From a virus (taxonomy: Duplodnaviria; Heunggongvirae; Uroviricota; Caudoviricetes), in IMG/VR virus record IMGVR_UViG_3300028601_000019, positions 68,130-132,129 of that record: a stretch of DNA of 64,000 nucleotides. One strand, 5' to 3'. This document shows, in pieces, positions 40,146 through 51,223 of the stretch (position 1 is its first letter; the number at the start of each line of letters is the position of its first letter). The position numbers and the translations under genes are program-made. The notes under the pieces were generated by a model, which was not told where the DNA came from, made no database searches, and saw only the letters and a list, made by a program, of their open reading frames with translations.

Positions 40146-41324
40146 ATGAAGAGAAATATTTTATTACTTGGATCTAATGGTTATATAGGATGGGCCCTAC
40201 TTCAAAGGCTCATTAAGAAGGGTTACAATATTTTTTGTGTTGACAATAGATTTAGAGAAAAAGCTGTTTCGTTAGAAATGGGTTCATGTTCTGCAATTAA
40301 AACATTAACAATTTCTCAAAAATATGTGTGGCTAGAAAACTTTAAGAATGTGTCTTGGTATGAATTTGATTATGTTAAAAATGAATCTGGATTGAAACAA
40401 TTGTTTAAAAAATTTAAATTTGATACAATAATCAATCTTGCTCATCAACCATCCGGTCCATATAGCCAAAAATCTTGTGAAAACTCCAAGTTTACAATCA
40501 AAAACAACATTCTTGGGACCAACAATGTTCTCTGGCTAATGAAGCAATATTGTCCAAATGCTCACTATATAACTATTGGATCAACAGGAGAATATAGCCA
40601 CAATTTAGATATTCCTATTGAAGAGGGATACTTTACTATGGAAGGGGCTACTGATAAGTCCATATTTCCTCGCAGAACCAATTCAATTTATCATGCAAGT
40701 AAAATTTCAAGCACATATATAACAGACACTCTTGCAAGAATGTGGAGTCTCAAAACTACAGATATAATGCAAGCTGTTGTTTTTGGTTCATATACGGATG
40801 AAATTGATGAAAGCAAACTTTATACGCGTTTAGATACTGATGCTGCTTTTGGAACCGTATGTAATAAGTTTATGGTTCAAGCTATCTTGGGTATGGATTT
40901 AACAGTTTATGGTATGGGTGATCATAAGAGAGGATTTATTGCTCTCAATGATTCTATTCAGGCTCTGATGATTGCTATTGAAAATGATTCTGAAAATGAT
41001 TTTTATGAAGATTTTTCGCCAAGAGTTTGGAATCAACTTTCTTTTTGGATTTCAATGAATGACCTTGCATATACTGTTAAAAGAATAGCTATGAAAGAAT
41101 TTAACATTAATGTTAATGTTGAACATATAGAAAATCCTAGGCACGAAATTACAGAGGCCCCAAAGCACTATTCATACAAAACAGATATTCTACAATCTTA
41201 TGGATATGAACCAACAAGAACTTTAGAACAAGAACTTGCTTATACTATGAGAATTCTATATAATAATAAAACATATTTAAAAGGTCTCGAAAATAATTTT
41301 AAAAATCATATAAGGTTTAAGTAA
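40146..41324 (+). CDS. sqdB: UDP-sulfoquinovose synthase-like extended SDR (SqdB/SQD1/Agl3 family)
   Basis: GSNGYIGW, VDN, Q.S.PYS, NN..GT.N, GSTGEY, IPIEEGY, YHASK, TRLD.D..FGT, LTVYG.G...RGFI, NPR.E. Confidence 0.82.
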   Translation: MKRNILLLGSNGYIGWALLQRLIKKGYNIFCVDNRFREKAVSLEMGSCSAIKTLTISQKYVWLENFKNVSWYEFDYVKNESGLKQLFKKFKFDTIINLAHQPSGPYSQKSCENSKFTIKNNILGTNNVLWLMKQYCPNAHYITIGSTGEYSHNLDIPIEEGYFTMEGATDKSIFPRRTNSIYHASKISSTYITDTLARMWSLKTTDIMQAVVFGSYTDEIDESKLYTRLDTDAAFGTVCNKFMVQAILGMDLTVYGMGDHKRGFIALNDSIQALMIAIENDSENDFYEDFSPRVWNQLSFWISMNDLAYTVKRIAMKEFNINVNVEHIENPRHEITEAPKHYSYKTDILQSYGYEPTRTLEQELAYTMRILYNNKTYLKGLENNFKNHIRFK

Positions 41325-42589
41325 TGATTTATTGTTTTAACAGTGATAATATTCTAATATCAAAACATGAAACATATGATAATACTGCATTTAATATGTT
41401 AAAGTTTTGTTTTAATGATAAGCGAATTTCATCTTTTATTATTACAGAACATAATAATGACATTAAAGATATAGATTTTGTTTATATTTCTATTAAAAAA
41501 TCTTCTGGGATATTTTTTGATACAGAATATCTTTTTATTAGATCATGCGACTTTGAAAGATTGTATAGATTAAAGTTTTCATCATATAAAGAATTCTTGA
41601 TTTATATTAAAAAACACCAAGAATTTACTTGAAAGAAAAATGATTTTAAATTAGAAGAAGATAAAAAGTATATAAATTTTTATGGAATAACTAATACACT
41701 CGGCATGCCTAATAGGGGCCCTATTATACAAACACAAAATAAAATATATTATTTTAAAAGAGATATATTAGATTTTAAAATTGGTATTCAAAATAAACAT
41801 GAATACTGTCATTGAAATCATATTTTAAACCCCGATTGCAAACGCATAAATTCATCTAATGTAAGTGTGGGACCGAATATTATGATGTTTGATAATAAAA
41901 ATGATTGATGAAAACATCTCAATATTGTTACTGATTCTAATTGAATGAAAGAATACTTTATAAATACATTTAAAATAAAAGAATCTCAATTAAGTGTAAT
42001 ACCGATTTATGTTACTGAGGATTTTTACGAAGCAGAAATCAATTCAAACAAAAATATTGTAGGTATTGTTGGATATCCAAGACATGATGATATTAAAAAT
42101 ATGTTGTCTTTAGTGGAGATATGTAAAAGATTTCCAAATATGAAATTTGAATTGCTTTCAAGCAGAAGCAAAAATCAGTTCCCCAATGATATTCAAAACA
42201 TTAGAAATCTTCAATTTTTTAATGTTCCTCATAAAGATACAATAGAAATTATGAAAAGATGAGGAATGTATATTGGATTAAGTAAAAGGGAACGTGGGCC
42301 AGCAGTATTACAAGAACTAAAAGTTTTAGGTATTCCTACAATTTGCCCAAATCATACTGGGTATAAAGAATTTAAACCATTTATTGCGTTAGATATTGCC
42401 CCACTTCTTGAACATAAAACAAAAGACTTAGATTTATATTCTGATGCAATAGAATATGTTCATAATAATCATGAACAATGTATAAATAAAACACAAGAAG
42501 ATAGAATAAAATTTTGAAATGAAGAAAAATCAACAAAAATTGTTTCTAAAAAATGGGAAGACTTTTTTAGAAAATGCTTAGGAGTATAA
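41324..42589 (+). CDS. GT4-like glycosyltransferase, 421 aa, code 4 (7 TGA, including tandem TGA-TGA)
   Basis: Three track ORFs in one frame. VGPNIM, VTDSN-W-MK, ERGPAVLQELKVLGIPTI (ExxxxxxxE motif). Confidence 0.8.
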
Positions 42590-42591
42590 CA

Positions 42592-43221
42592 ATGAAACTA
42601 GAAAATAACATTTGACATAATGCTTATTCAAATGATCCAGAAAAATATGAATTTTTTAAATCTCAATTGCAGAAACTTAAAGAATCTAGAGAATGGATTT
42701 TAGAAACTCTTTTATCTTTAAAGAAGGTCAAAACTGTTTTAGAAATTGCTACAGGACCTGGACTTGATCTAGAGTATTTACATGATAAATTTGAAGATCT
42801 CCCCTTTAAATATACTGGTGTTGATTATACACCCAAATTTATTGAAATACTAACAGATAAATATCCTCAACATACTTTTATAGAAGCTGATGCAATGGAT
42901 TTGCCATTTGAAGATAATTCATTTGATGTTGTTTATACTAGACACTCTTTAGAACATATGAATGATCCGCATAAAGAGCTCGATGAAATTTTTAGGCTTG
43001 CCAAAAAATATGTTATTATTGGTTGGTTTAGATTGGTAGATTCCCCAACTTCCTTACAAATTAAATCAAGCATTAATGGTGAATTCCCTATGAATGATTT
43101 GAACAGAGAAGAATTTACAGAAAGAGTTTTGGACTGGGGAACTATTGAAGATACATTTACAATCAAACATAATGAATGCTGACTAGTTAAAAAACATACT
43201 AAGAAAGGGAAGAAGAAGTAA
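42592..43221 (+). CDS. Class I SAM-dependent methyltransferase, 209 aa, code 4 (2 TGA)
   Basis: VLEIATGPG, GVDYT, ADAMDLPFEDNSFDVVY.RH.LEH. Confidence 0.88.
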
Positions 43222-44024
43222 TGAAACTTGAATCTGTTCTTGTTACTGGGTCTGATGGATATATTGGAGAAAATCTAGTTAGGTTTTTAGAATCTAAAGG
43301 TGTTTTTAAAATTTATAAAATTGATAAGAAAAGCGGAGTAAGATTAGAGGATGTTGATGTTATTCTAAGGTGTGATTTGATTGTTCATCTTGCTGCTGAA
43401 TCTGGAATTCCTAAATGTGAAGAAGATCCTAAAGAAGCTATTCTAAGTAACATCTCAGCATCCTTCAATATTTTAAATTTAGCATATAAGAATAATATCC
43501 CTGTTATCCTGGCGTCCTCTCAGGCAGCTAAGAACCCTTCTAGTTCTCTTTATGCTAGTACCAAATATGCTATGGAAATAGAAGCTCTTAGATTAAATGA
43601 TAAAGGCGCAAATAATAAAATTCTAAGATTCTCTAATGTTTTTGGTGGTTACAAATATATTGAAAAGAAAAATTCTGTTTTAGCTTGTTTCGCAAAGGCG
43701 TTTTTAAATGGTGAAGAACTCAAGATTCATGGCTCTGGAAAACAAGAAAGAGATTTTATTCATGTTGATGATTTATGTAAGGTTATCTTTCAAATTGGTT
43801 CTCAGATTGATAAGATTAAGGAATCTATTATAGATGTGGGAACTGGTTATCCAATTTCTATTATAAGTATTGTTGATTATCTCAGACTGGATTATGAATA
43901 TAGTAATGAGCGTGATGGTGGAGAAACGTGTAACTTTGCTGACACTTCATTTTTAGAAAAGTATGGATTTGATGTTCCATCTATAAGTAAGCTCTATGAA
44001 TTTTTAAATACACTTCAAAAATAG
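43221..44024 (+). CDS. NAD-dependent nucleotide-sugar epimerase/dehydratase
   Basis: VTGSDGYIG, VHLAA, YASTK, RFSNVFG, RDFIHVDD. Confidence 0.88.
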   Translation: MKLESVLVTGSDGYIGENLVRFLESKGVFKIYKIDKKSGVRLEDVDVILRCDLIVHLAAESGIPKCEEDPKEAILSNISASFNILNLAYKNNIPVILASSQAAKNPSSSLYASTKYAMEIEALRLNDKGANNKILRFSNVFGGYKYIEKKNSVLACFAKAFLNGEELKIHGSGKQERDFIHVDDLCKVIFQIGSQIDKIKESIIDVGTGYPISIISIVDYLRLDYEYSNERDGGETCNFADTSFLEKYGFDVPSISKLYEFLNTLQK

Positions 44025-44047
44025 AAAGGGGTATTTGACCCCTTTCT
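44023..44047. terminator. Hairpin between convergent genes
   Basis: agaaagggg-tatttga-cccctttct. Confidence 0.7.
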
Positions 44048-44700
44048 TATAGAAAATCCCGTAATACTCTTTCCCTTTTAACATTATAATCTTCGGCGCT
44101 TCTTGTACTTATAGAATCTTTTGATGCATATGCAGTAAAAAATCCTTCACATGATTTCCCTATATATCCTCTCTTCAAACATTTTAAAAGAAAGGCCCAA
44201 TCTAACAACCTCACATATTGATCATCTGTCACTAATCCAACGTCATTTATTACTTTACTCTTGAACATTGAATTAGATGAAATATAATTTCCTTTCTTAA
44301 GTTTTTCTTTATTAAATTCAATAGCAGGAAAAGAGTTATTTATTGCTCCTTTATATTCAAAAGAACAATAGGTATATGCTATATTGTTATTTTTAAAATC
44401 TTCTTTTTTTAAAGAATAATGCATCTTTACTAATGTACCATCTTTCCATTCTGTATCATTATCAATTTTGATTACATATGGTGCAAGTAATTTTAATTCT
44501 TTTAATGTATTAAATCCTTCGGAAAAATTCCCCATAACATTCATGTTGGATTCAATAGAAATCCAGTTAAATGGAATTTCACAATCTTTCACTGTTCTTA
44601 GAGTTTCATTAGAAATTTTATCCCCACACTTCAGTGGAGTAACAATGCTGAAGTGTGGGGATTTTTCAAGTTGAATAAAGTTGATAATTGTATTATTCAT
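44047..44700 (-). CDS. GT2-like glycosyltransferase
   Basis: SIVTPL, KIDND (DxD), YISSNSMFK, LLDWAFLL. Confidence 0.7.
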   Translation of the reverse strand: MNNTIINFIQLEKSPHFSIVTPLKCGDKISNETLRTVKDCEIPFNWISIESNMNVMGNFSEGFNTLKELKLLAPYVIKIDNDTEWKDGTLVKMHYSLKKEDFKNNNIAYTYCSFEYKGAINNSFPAIEFNKEKLKKGNYISSNSMFKSKVINDVGLVTDDQYVRLLDWAFLLKCLKRGYIGKSCEGFFTAYASKDSISTRSAEDYNVKRERVLRDFL

Positions 44701-45109
44701 CACTACTATAAATTTGATCTGCAATTAGCTGCAAACGTTCATATAGTTCAATTTCATGGGGTTCAATTTCATTAACAGAAAGTAGAGAAAATTTCTTGAT
44801 TTTGATTTTATCATCGTAATCCACAGTCTTTAGAAGAAGCTTAATAAGTCCATCTTTATCCTCTGCACTAATGTTATCCATAACAGTTTGGTCAAAGATT
44901 AGAACAATGTCATATCCATTTTCATGTCTTTCATCGATAGATAAATAAGACATGAAAGGATTCAATGCCTTAACTTCCCCAATGACATATTCGCCATTGG
45001 ACTTCTTTTTACGATTACGAGCACAAATAAGTCAGTTTAGATTCATTAGATGTGGATATTCCTTGGACAAGATCTCATCAAAAATTTCACAGTTGTACGA
45101 TTCAAACAT
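44693..45109 (-). CDS. Hypothetical protein, 138 aa, code 4
   Basis: The track ORF extends through TGA 45032-45034 to ATG 45109, which has RBS aaggag. Confidence 0.7.
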
Positions 45110-45140
45110 TTTTAATTCTCCTTATGAGGTATTTATTTTT

Positions 45141-46247
45141 ATGAATTTATTAAGTATTATTGGAAAGATAATTTTACATATAATCCTCCTACCAGTTAAA
45201 ATTTTAGTATCTGTTCTTTTTAACTTTTTGTATTTACCTTCAGTTAAATTCGATTCAAATATATATTACACTACTCCTACAGTAGATGTAAACAAAAGAG
45301 CCGAAGAAATAAAAAATTCTTTGAACATAAATGCATATATTAATGATGGCGATGGTGCAAAATTTTTGGGTCTTGCATACACATCGTGTAAAGACAAAAG
45401 ACTTTGAGATGAAGTATCAACTCTTCTGTATGGACTTTCATATATACTTCGGGTTCCTTGGTCAGAAAACTACGATCAAAAAGTTTTTTCTGGTGATATG
45501 TGAGCAGGAATGTTTCCTGCTATATTGACAGCTTTAGAAAATAATCATATGTCAAATTGACATAAAAAGCAAGTCTTAAGCATTATAGAAAACACCATTT
45601 TTAATGGAAAATCTTTTGTTTTTAAGCATCCCATTGATGATGATCAAGATCGTGGTTTTATTTTCCCCTTTTGGTCAATGGGATCTAATTTTTTTGATGT
45701 AATATCAATGTGTTTAATAGCTGAAAAGTTAAATGGTGGAGTTAAATATAAAGTCTTAAGATACATTTTTACCATTATAGGATTTCCATTGATGTTCTTT
45801 TTAAGACAAGGGATATTTATTAAAGATGTTTATGCATTAAATTTTTTCACGGAACACTCTGCGCTTGTTAAAGCGTATTATGTATATAAGTTTTGTGGAT
45901 ATAAATTTTTGAAACGCCCAATTGTAAGGCATTGTGAAGATAATCCTTGATTTTTAGATTCTGCTAAATTTTTACAAGATTTAACAGGAAATTCTTCATA
46001 TGATATGTTTTTAAATGATTATCTCAACACAACCAACTTAGAAAACATTGAAAACATTCCATGGACATTTAAACATACATATTTTTCATTAAAAGGATTT
46101 GAAAAGAAAGATACTTATTCACTTTATTCTTTACCATATAGATTTAGAATGGGATCTAAATATTTAGATGATGATAAGCCTATGGAACCAAAAGGGGAAA
46201 AGAAATTACAATCAACTGCCGATTTCATTCATTTTTATAATTGATAA
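45141..46247 (+). CDS. Unknown membrane-associated protein, about 368 aa, code 4 (4 internal TGA + TGA-TAA end)
   Basis: Three track ORFs share one frame. RBS gaggt; hydrophobic N-terminus and a central hydrophobic segment. Confidence 0.7.
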
Positions 46248-46252
46248 GATAT

Positions 46253-46268
46253 GGGGCTATTTAGCCCC
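46253..46268. terminator. Short GC hairpin between convergent genes
   Basis: ggggct-attt-agcccc. Confidence 0.5.
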
Positions 46269-46735
46269 TAATCTAGTACAACCAATTCAAGTTCTTGTAC
46301 CCCAAAGTCCTTTGCATCTACAACTTTTCCAACCATTATATCTATCTTATTTGTGAATCTTTCATTCATCAAATCACTAACATATTTAATACCATGACCC
46401 TTTACATATACTTTTTTCCCAAGCATCCAGATAAGGTCTTGAGAAACGGCTATATGCCATCCTGGTCGTGGCCTAACCATTAATGCAGTATTATTAAAGT
46501 CATCATTACACTCTTCTTTTCTTGGCGTATATGCAGTGGCCTCTACTTTAAATGAAAATCTTTTTTGTAAATTTTCTGCGTATTGTGTAATAGCTTTGTT
46601 TTCTTCTCTTAGAATATACAGTTCTTCTTTTAAGTGTTGTATTTGCATTGCGTTGTTTTGTGTGGAATCAATTGCAGTATAGCCGAAGTATGTAAGAGAA
46701 AAGAAAACTATTACCCCTAAAATAACCTTATTCAA
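46268..46735 (-). CDS. 3D-domain cell-wall hydrolase-like protein with N-terminal signal anchor
   Basis: VEATAYTP, IAVSQD, KVYVKGHG..YVSD, KIDIM. Confidence 0.8.
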   Translation of the reverse strand: MNKVILGVIVFFSLTYFGYTAIDSTQNNAMQIQHLKEELYILREENKAITQYAENLQKRFSFKVEATAYTPRKEECNDDFNNTALMVRPRPGWHIAVSQDLIWMLGKKVYVKGHGIKYVSDLMNERFTNKIDIMVGKVVDAKDFGVQELELVVLD

Positions 46736-46745
46736 AACACTCTCC

Positions 46746-47432
46746 TTAAGTTTTCAAAATTTTATGATAGGTTTGATTACTTCTCAAATAACTTAAACAT
46801 GAGAAATATGTATCATCTATTTTACCCTCTGTAAATATATGAAAGTGACCAAAAACACATAACGATGGTTTGAATTTATCTATAATGATATCAAGAGCAT
46901 ATGTTGATGGGTCAGTGCTTCTTTCATTCATCCAATGAAGTTTTTCACGAAGTTTTGGTAAAAATCTTCCTGGGGATGTATGACTTACAAGAATATCAAT
47001 TTTTTGAGATTCAATATTATCGAACAAAAAATTCATATCTTTGTTTGTTATGATCTCTTGAGGAAACCAATCGACAAAAGTTTTTCTCAAATTTTTATCT
47101 GTAGATTCAGCACCACCACAAAACATAATCTTTTTTCCTTCGATCTTTTCAATTGCACCAAATGTTGCTAAGAAAACATTGGGCTGAAGCTCATGTAATT
47201 TTCCTAATTCATATCTATCAATAATTGACCATTCTTCATGGTTTCCAGGAATCCAAATAAGCTTAGAATCATGGGGAAGTTTTATATTTGGGATAGGCTC
47301 ATTTTCCCAAAAATATGCAACATCACCACAAATAATAAATGTAAGTGGTTCTTTATGTTTAGAATAAAATTCATTCATAAAGGAATTCAGTTTCCCAAAT
47401 TCCCCATGAATATCCCCAATAAAAACAATCAT
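46746..47432 (-). CDS. Calcineurin-like metallophosphoesterase
   Basis: GDIHG, CGD, PGNHE, VSH, FGHFH. Confidence 0.88.
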   Translation of the reverse strand: MIVFIGDIHGEFGKLNSFMNEFYSKHKEPLTFIICGDVAYFWENEPIPNIKLPHDSKLIWIPGNHEEWSIIDRYELGKLHELQPNVFLATFGAIEKIEGKKIMFCGGAESTDKNLRKTFVDWFPQEIITNKDMNFLFDNIESQKIDILVSHTSPGRFLPKLREKLHWMNERSTDPSTYALDIIIDKFKPSLCVFGHFHIFTEGKIDDTYFSCLSYLRSNQTYHKILKT

Positions 47433-47434
47433 CT

Positions 47435-49296
47435 TTATTCCTTATCGAAAAATAAAATTAGAAATGATGCAAAATCACTTTTAAGAGTAATTTTTTGAGG
47501 TTCTTCAATTCTTTTAGAAAGAGTTATAATATTATTTAGTTGAATAAGTTCTTCTTTCCAATAGGTAACAACTCTATGGTGTAGTTCTTCACCTTCCCTC
47601 TGATAATAGGTAGTAGCTTTAAGGGCCTCTTTCTTTGTCATAGGTTTGGACCAAGGAAAAAATCCTTTTCTTTTATTCATAAGTTTTTCAGCCTCATTAA
47701 ACCACACCTTAATTGCACGTTTCAACAAATGCTTTTTACATTTTTTTGCTGCTTTAGCACACTTATGAAGATCAAGCTCTATTGAAAACTCTTCAAATAA
47801 GCTACTCATTTTCATCCTCTACTGTTTTTAAAAATTCTATATATTCATTAATATGATCACGTAACTTACAAACTTGATTTACCCATTCTTCATGAGACAT
47901 TTCATATGTTCTATGAAGTCTTGCTCGTTCATGACAACTTGAAATTTCAAGAAAGCTTACATTTCCACCTTTTTCATCTTTACTCCATTTTATATCACCA
48001 TAAAATGAACAAACTGTAGATGTACTTGGCTCGTTTTCATCTGTTAAGAACTCTTTTTTTACCCATCTTTTACATTTACTCGACACCAAACACCTCCAAT
48101 ACTAGATCTTCTGCATCTTGCATTATGTCAAATTCCTTACTACTTGAATATCCCATTGCAGGAATATTTACAGCAAATTCCACAGTTGCTTTCGCTAAAG
48201 CCATAGATGATGCATATTGATTCCACCTATCTAATCCAACAGCAGTATGCCCACAACAAACATAAGTTATGATTTTATCATTATCATGTAACATTAGTAA
48301 ATTAGGATTGAATCCACATATTGGACATTTTATAAGATCGTTCATTTATTCCCCTTCATTGTCTGCAAACCCTGTGGTATATCCCTCTTCATACCCTTCA
48401 TCATATGCCTCTTGATGAAGATTCTCACACCACTCTGTAAACTCATCTAAAGATATTTCAATTTCTCCAAAAGAGTCGTATACTCGTTCCACTTCTTTAT
48501 AATCTAACATCCTTTGTTCTCCATTTGTTTTGCATTATTAAATCCTCGTTCATAACCAGCTTCAAATCCTTGGTCATACGCTTTTCTATGAACTTCTTTT
48601 AGTTCATCGTAATAGTCCATTTCTGCTTGGCCATACCCATCTGAATAACCATATTCATGACCTTCATCATACCCTTCATCAAATTTTGATTCTAGCCGAA
48701 TATTTATATCATCCATTAACTCATTACATTTCTTTTGTGTTAAGTTACTTATTACATTATTATACCAATATTCAAAACTTTCAAAATCAATATCCCCTCT
48801 TCTAATGAGGTCAAGAATTTCAACCAATGGCTTTTCATATAAGTTGTATTTATTCATTTTAATAATCCTCTTGAATTTTAAAAACAACACCCAAACAAAA
48901 ACCCCCATCATCTTCATAAATCCTAAAAACTTCATGTGGCCATGACCAATCAAACACCCAATCGAAATATTCACCATTGAAAGTTGTACACCAATGAGAA
49001 TCTAATTTACCAATGGCATTATATTTGTTTTCGAAATATTCTTCCATTTCTTCCTCATCATCATGGTCAACATCATCCCACGATTTCAAAGGACCATTTG
49101 GAGAAAACCAAAACATTTCAAGATCTCTATTTCTATAAAGCTCATCATTAAAATAGCCTCTAAGTTCAATACAATCATCGGAATGACCAAAAACAACTAC
49201 CCATCTATTTTCTTTAGCAAGCCGTTCTTCTTCCTTTGTTAGTTCTTTGCCCATTTCCCGACCATCAAGACTTTTAGCAAACTCTTCCATGTTCAT
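47435..49296 (-). other. Array of six small early hypothetical genes
   Basis: Abutting ORFs. Two carry (Y/F)xxG acidic repeats (YDEGYDEGHEYGYSDGY). Confidence 0.6.
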
Positions 49297-49305
49297 ATTT
49301 TTCTC

Positions 49306-49905
49306 CTAATGATAATCTACACTAAAAATTTCTTGTTTGTTCATATATTCTTTGATATCATCAACAGACCAAATTCCCTTCTTTCGTTCTGTATAGAATC
49401 CATCCCAACCCACATCAAGGATTCTTCCCTTACCTTTGTAAGCCATGTGGCAATGCCCATGAATATGTCCAACACCCTTTGCAACTGTTGACCATGAAGC
49501 AAGAGGATAATGAGAACATACCAATGGATACATTTTTGTATTCTTGGTTTCAACAGGGAATTTTTTCTCAACAATATGAGTAGTGGATACGTCAAAATCA
49601 TTCAATTCCATCTTTGATCTATATATGGAAATTTCCCTTAGAAAATTTGGTTTATCGTGATTTCCGGGAATTACGTTAAAAGACTTGAAGTTTAAACGAT
49701 TGAGGAATTCATTTGCCTTTTCAAGTGTTTTCCATTCGCCCATGAAAACATCACCAAGAACATATACATCATCATCGTTTGTAATGTTAAGGTTCCATCT
49801 TGTTATAATAAAATCATGCATGTCTTCCAATGAAGAATGTGGTCTAAAGGCAATAGCACATCTTTCATGTCCAATATGTAGATCTGAAGTAAAAAAAGTA
49901 GTCAT
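49306..49905 (-). CDS. Calcineurin-like metallophosphoesterase
   Basis: TSDLHIGH, LGD, PGNHD, SHYP, HIHGHCH. Confidence 0.88.
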   Translation of the reverse strand: MTTFFTSDLHIGHERCAIAFRPHSSLEDMHDFIITRWNLNITNDDDVYVLGDVFMGEWKTLEKANEFLNRLNFKSFNVIPGNHDKPNFLREISIYRSKMELNDFDVSTTHIVEKKFPVETKNTKMYPLVCSHYPLASWSTVAKGVGHIHGHCHMAYKGKGRILDVGWDGFYTERKKGIWSVDDIKEYMNKQEIFSVDYH

Positions 49906-51026
49906 TATTCTTTTTCCTCTAATTGTTTAAGCAATCTATAAATCCATTCGTTCATTATAGTGGCAGCACCATAACACCCTTCATTAATTAGTTCATCAGC
50001 CACCTTTTCTAAAGATTCGTTTCCATCCCATTTTTTAAAGACAGATAACCATGCATTTGAACCTCCAACCAATAATTTCCCATGAATACATGGATCAAAT
50101 TCAACACCTTCTGATTTGCAATATGGATTACAACATTTATTGTATTTTGACATCCAAACGTAATGGCATTTTTCACAAAACCATTCTTTCATTATTCAAT
50201 CCCTAATTTTTTTAATGTTCTTTTAGCAATGTTTATCATACATGTGGAAGATACAGACCACATAATATCACCGGGAATTTGTAAAACACTTGCAACCTGT
50301 TTAGTTAGAATTATTTTCTTCATCCCAAGATTCTTCATGTATTTTCTGAGCATCCAAAATGATATCAGCAATAACACAAAGCTCAACACCAGTAAACAAC
50401 CTTTCCAATAGATTCATAGTACTACGAAACATTTTCTTTCTCCTTGATATTTTTAAAAAATTCTTTTACTTTTTCTTCAATAATATCTGAACATTCATCA
50501 GTATAAAATCCATCATTACATGTATCACACCAATAAACTTCTGCTGGCTCAGAAAACTTATGCCCTTTGTATTCGAATTCCTCTTGGATCTTCTTTAAAT
50601 ACATTCTATCAGATTCACAAAGAAGACATTTACAACCATTATAAAGCATGTTTCTTTTCATTAAAACTCAATCCTCATAGATTTTGAAGACACAATTTCT
50701 GCTGAGTAAAGATGCTCAAAATATCCACACCAAAACGGCACAAAAGCATATGGAGTTCTGTCATCAGTAAGAAGCTCCAATTTCATAGCATAGTTGTCTG
50801 GATGGCTGTATTTACCACTATAAACACAACCAACAGGCATATCCTTTACCCAATTTTTACCATTACTATAATCAAAAGTCTGATACTTTTCATAGTGATT
50901 CTTGATACGCTGAAGATTTTCTTCTAATACATCAAGATTTTTCCATTCTCCTTCAAGATCTTGAGTTTCTTCATATGAGTTAAAAGAATCTCCGGTTCTA
51001 TATTCTATTCTAATTGTATATCCCAT
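49905..51026 (-). other. Four small early genes, including a YgiT/MqsA-type Zn finger (50422-50661)
   Basis: CLLCES...WCDTC; abutting ORFs. Confidence 0.55.
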
Positions 51027-51223
51027 TACTTGCCCCCATTATAAATGCATGTTGAAGAAACAGAAGTCCCCCACATTCCAACAGTAATTGTAAGAGACAA
51101 TGTATTATTTCCTTCAATACAATGTTTTTCAAATTCTTTTTTGGCTTGTAAAGCATCTTTTGTATTTCCAGAACAACCAACCAAAAGAGATATAAGAAGT
51201 AAACAACCAATAATCTTCCTCAT
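51026..51223 (-). CDS. Small lipoprotein
   Basis: MRKIIGCLLLISLLVG-C lipobox. Confidence 0.65.
   Translation of the reverse strand: MRKIIGCLLLISLLVGCSGNTKDALQAKKEFEKHCIEGNNTLSLTITVGMWGTSVSSTCIYNGGK

Noticed and set aside
44952-45140. 5' part of track ORF 44952-45407 (+)
   Set aside because: It overlaps the real minus-strand gene 44693-45109. The plus-strand gene more plausibly starts at ATG 45141 behind gaggt.
48346-48858. YDEGY/GxxxG repeats as a flagellar FliH gene
   Set aside because: These are short low-complexity acidic repeats common in small phage proteins, and no other FliH features are present.
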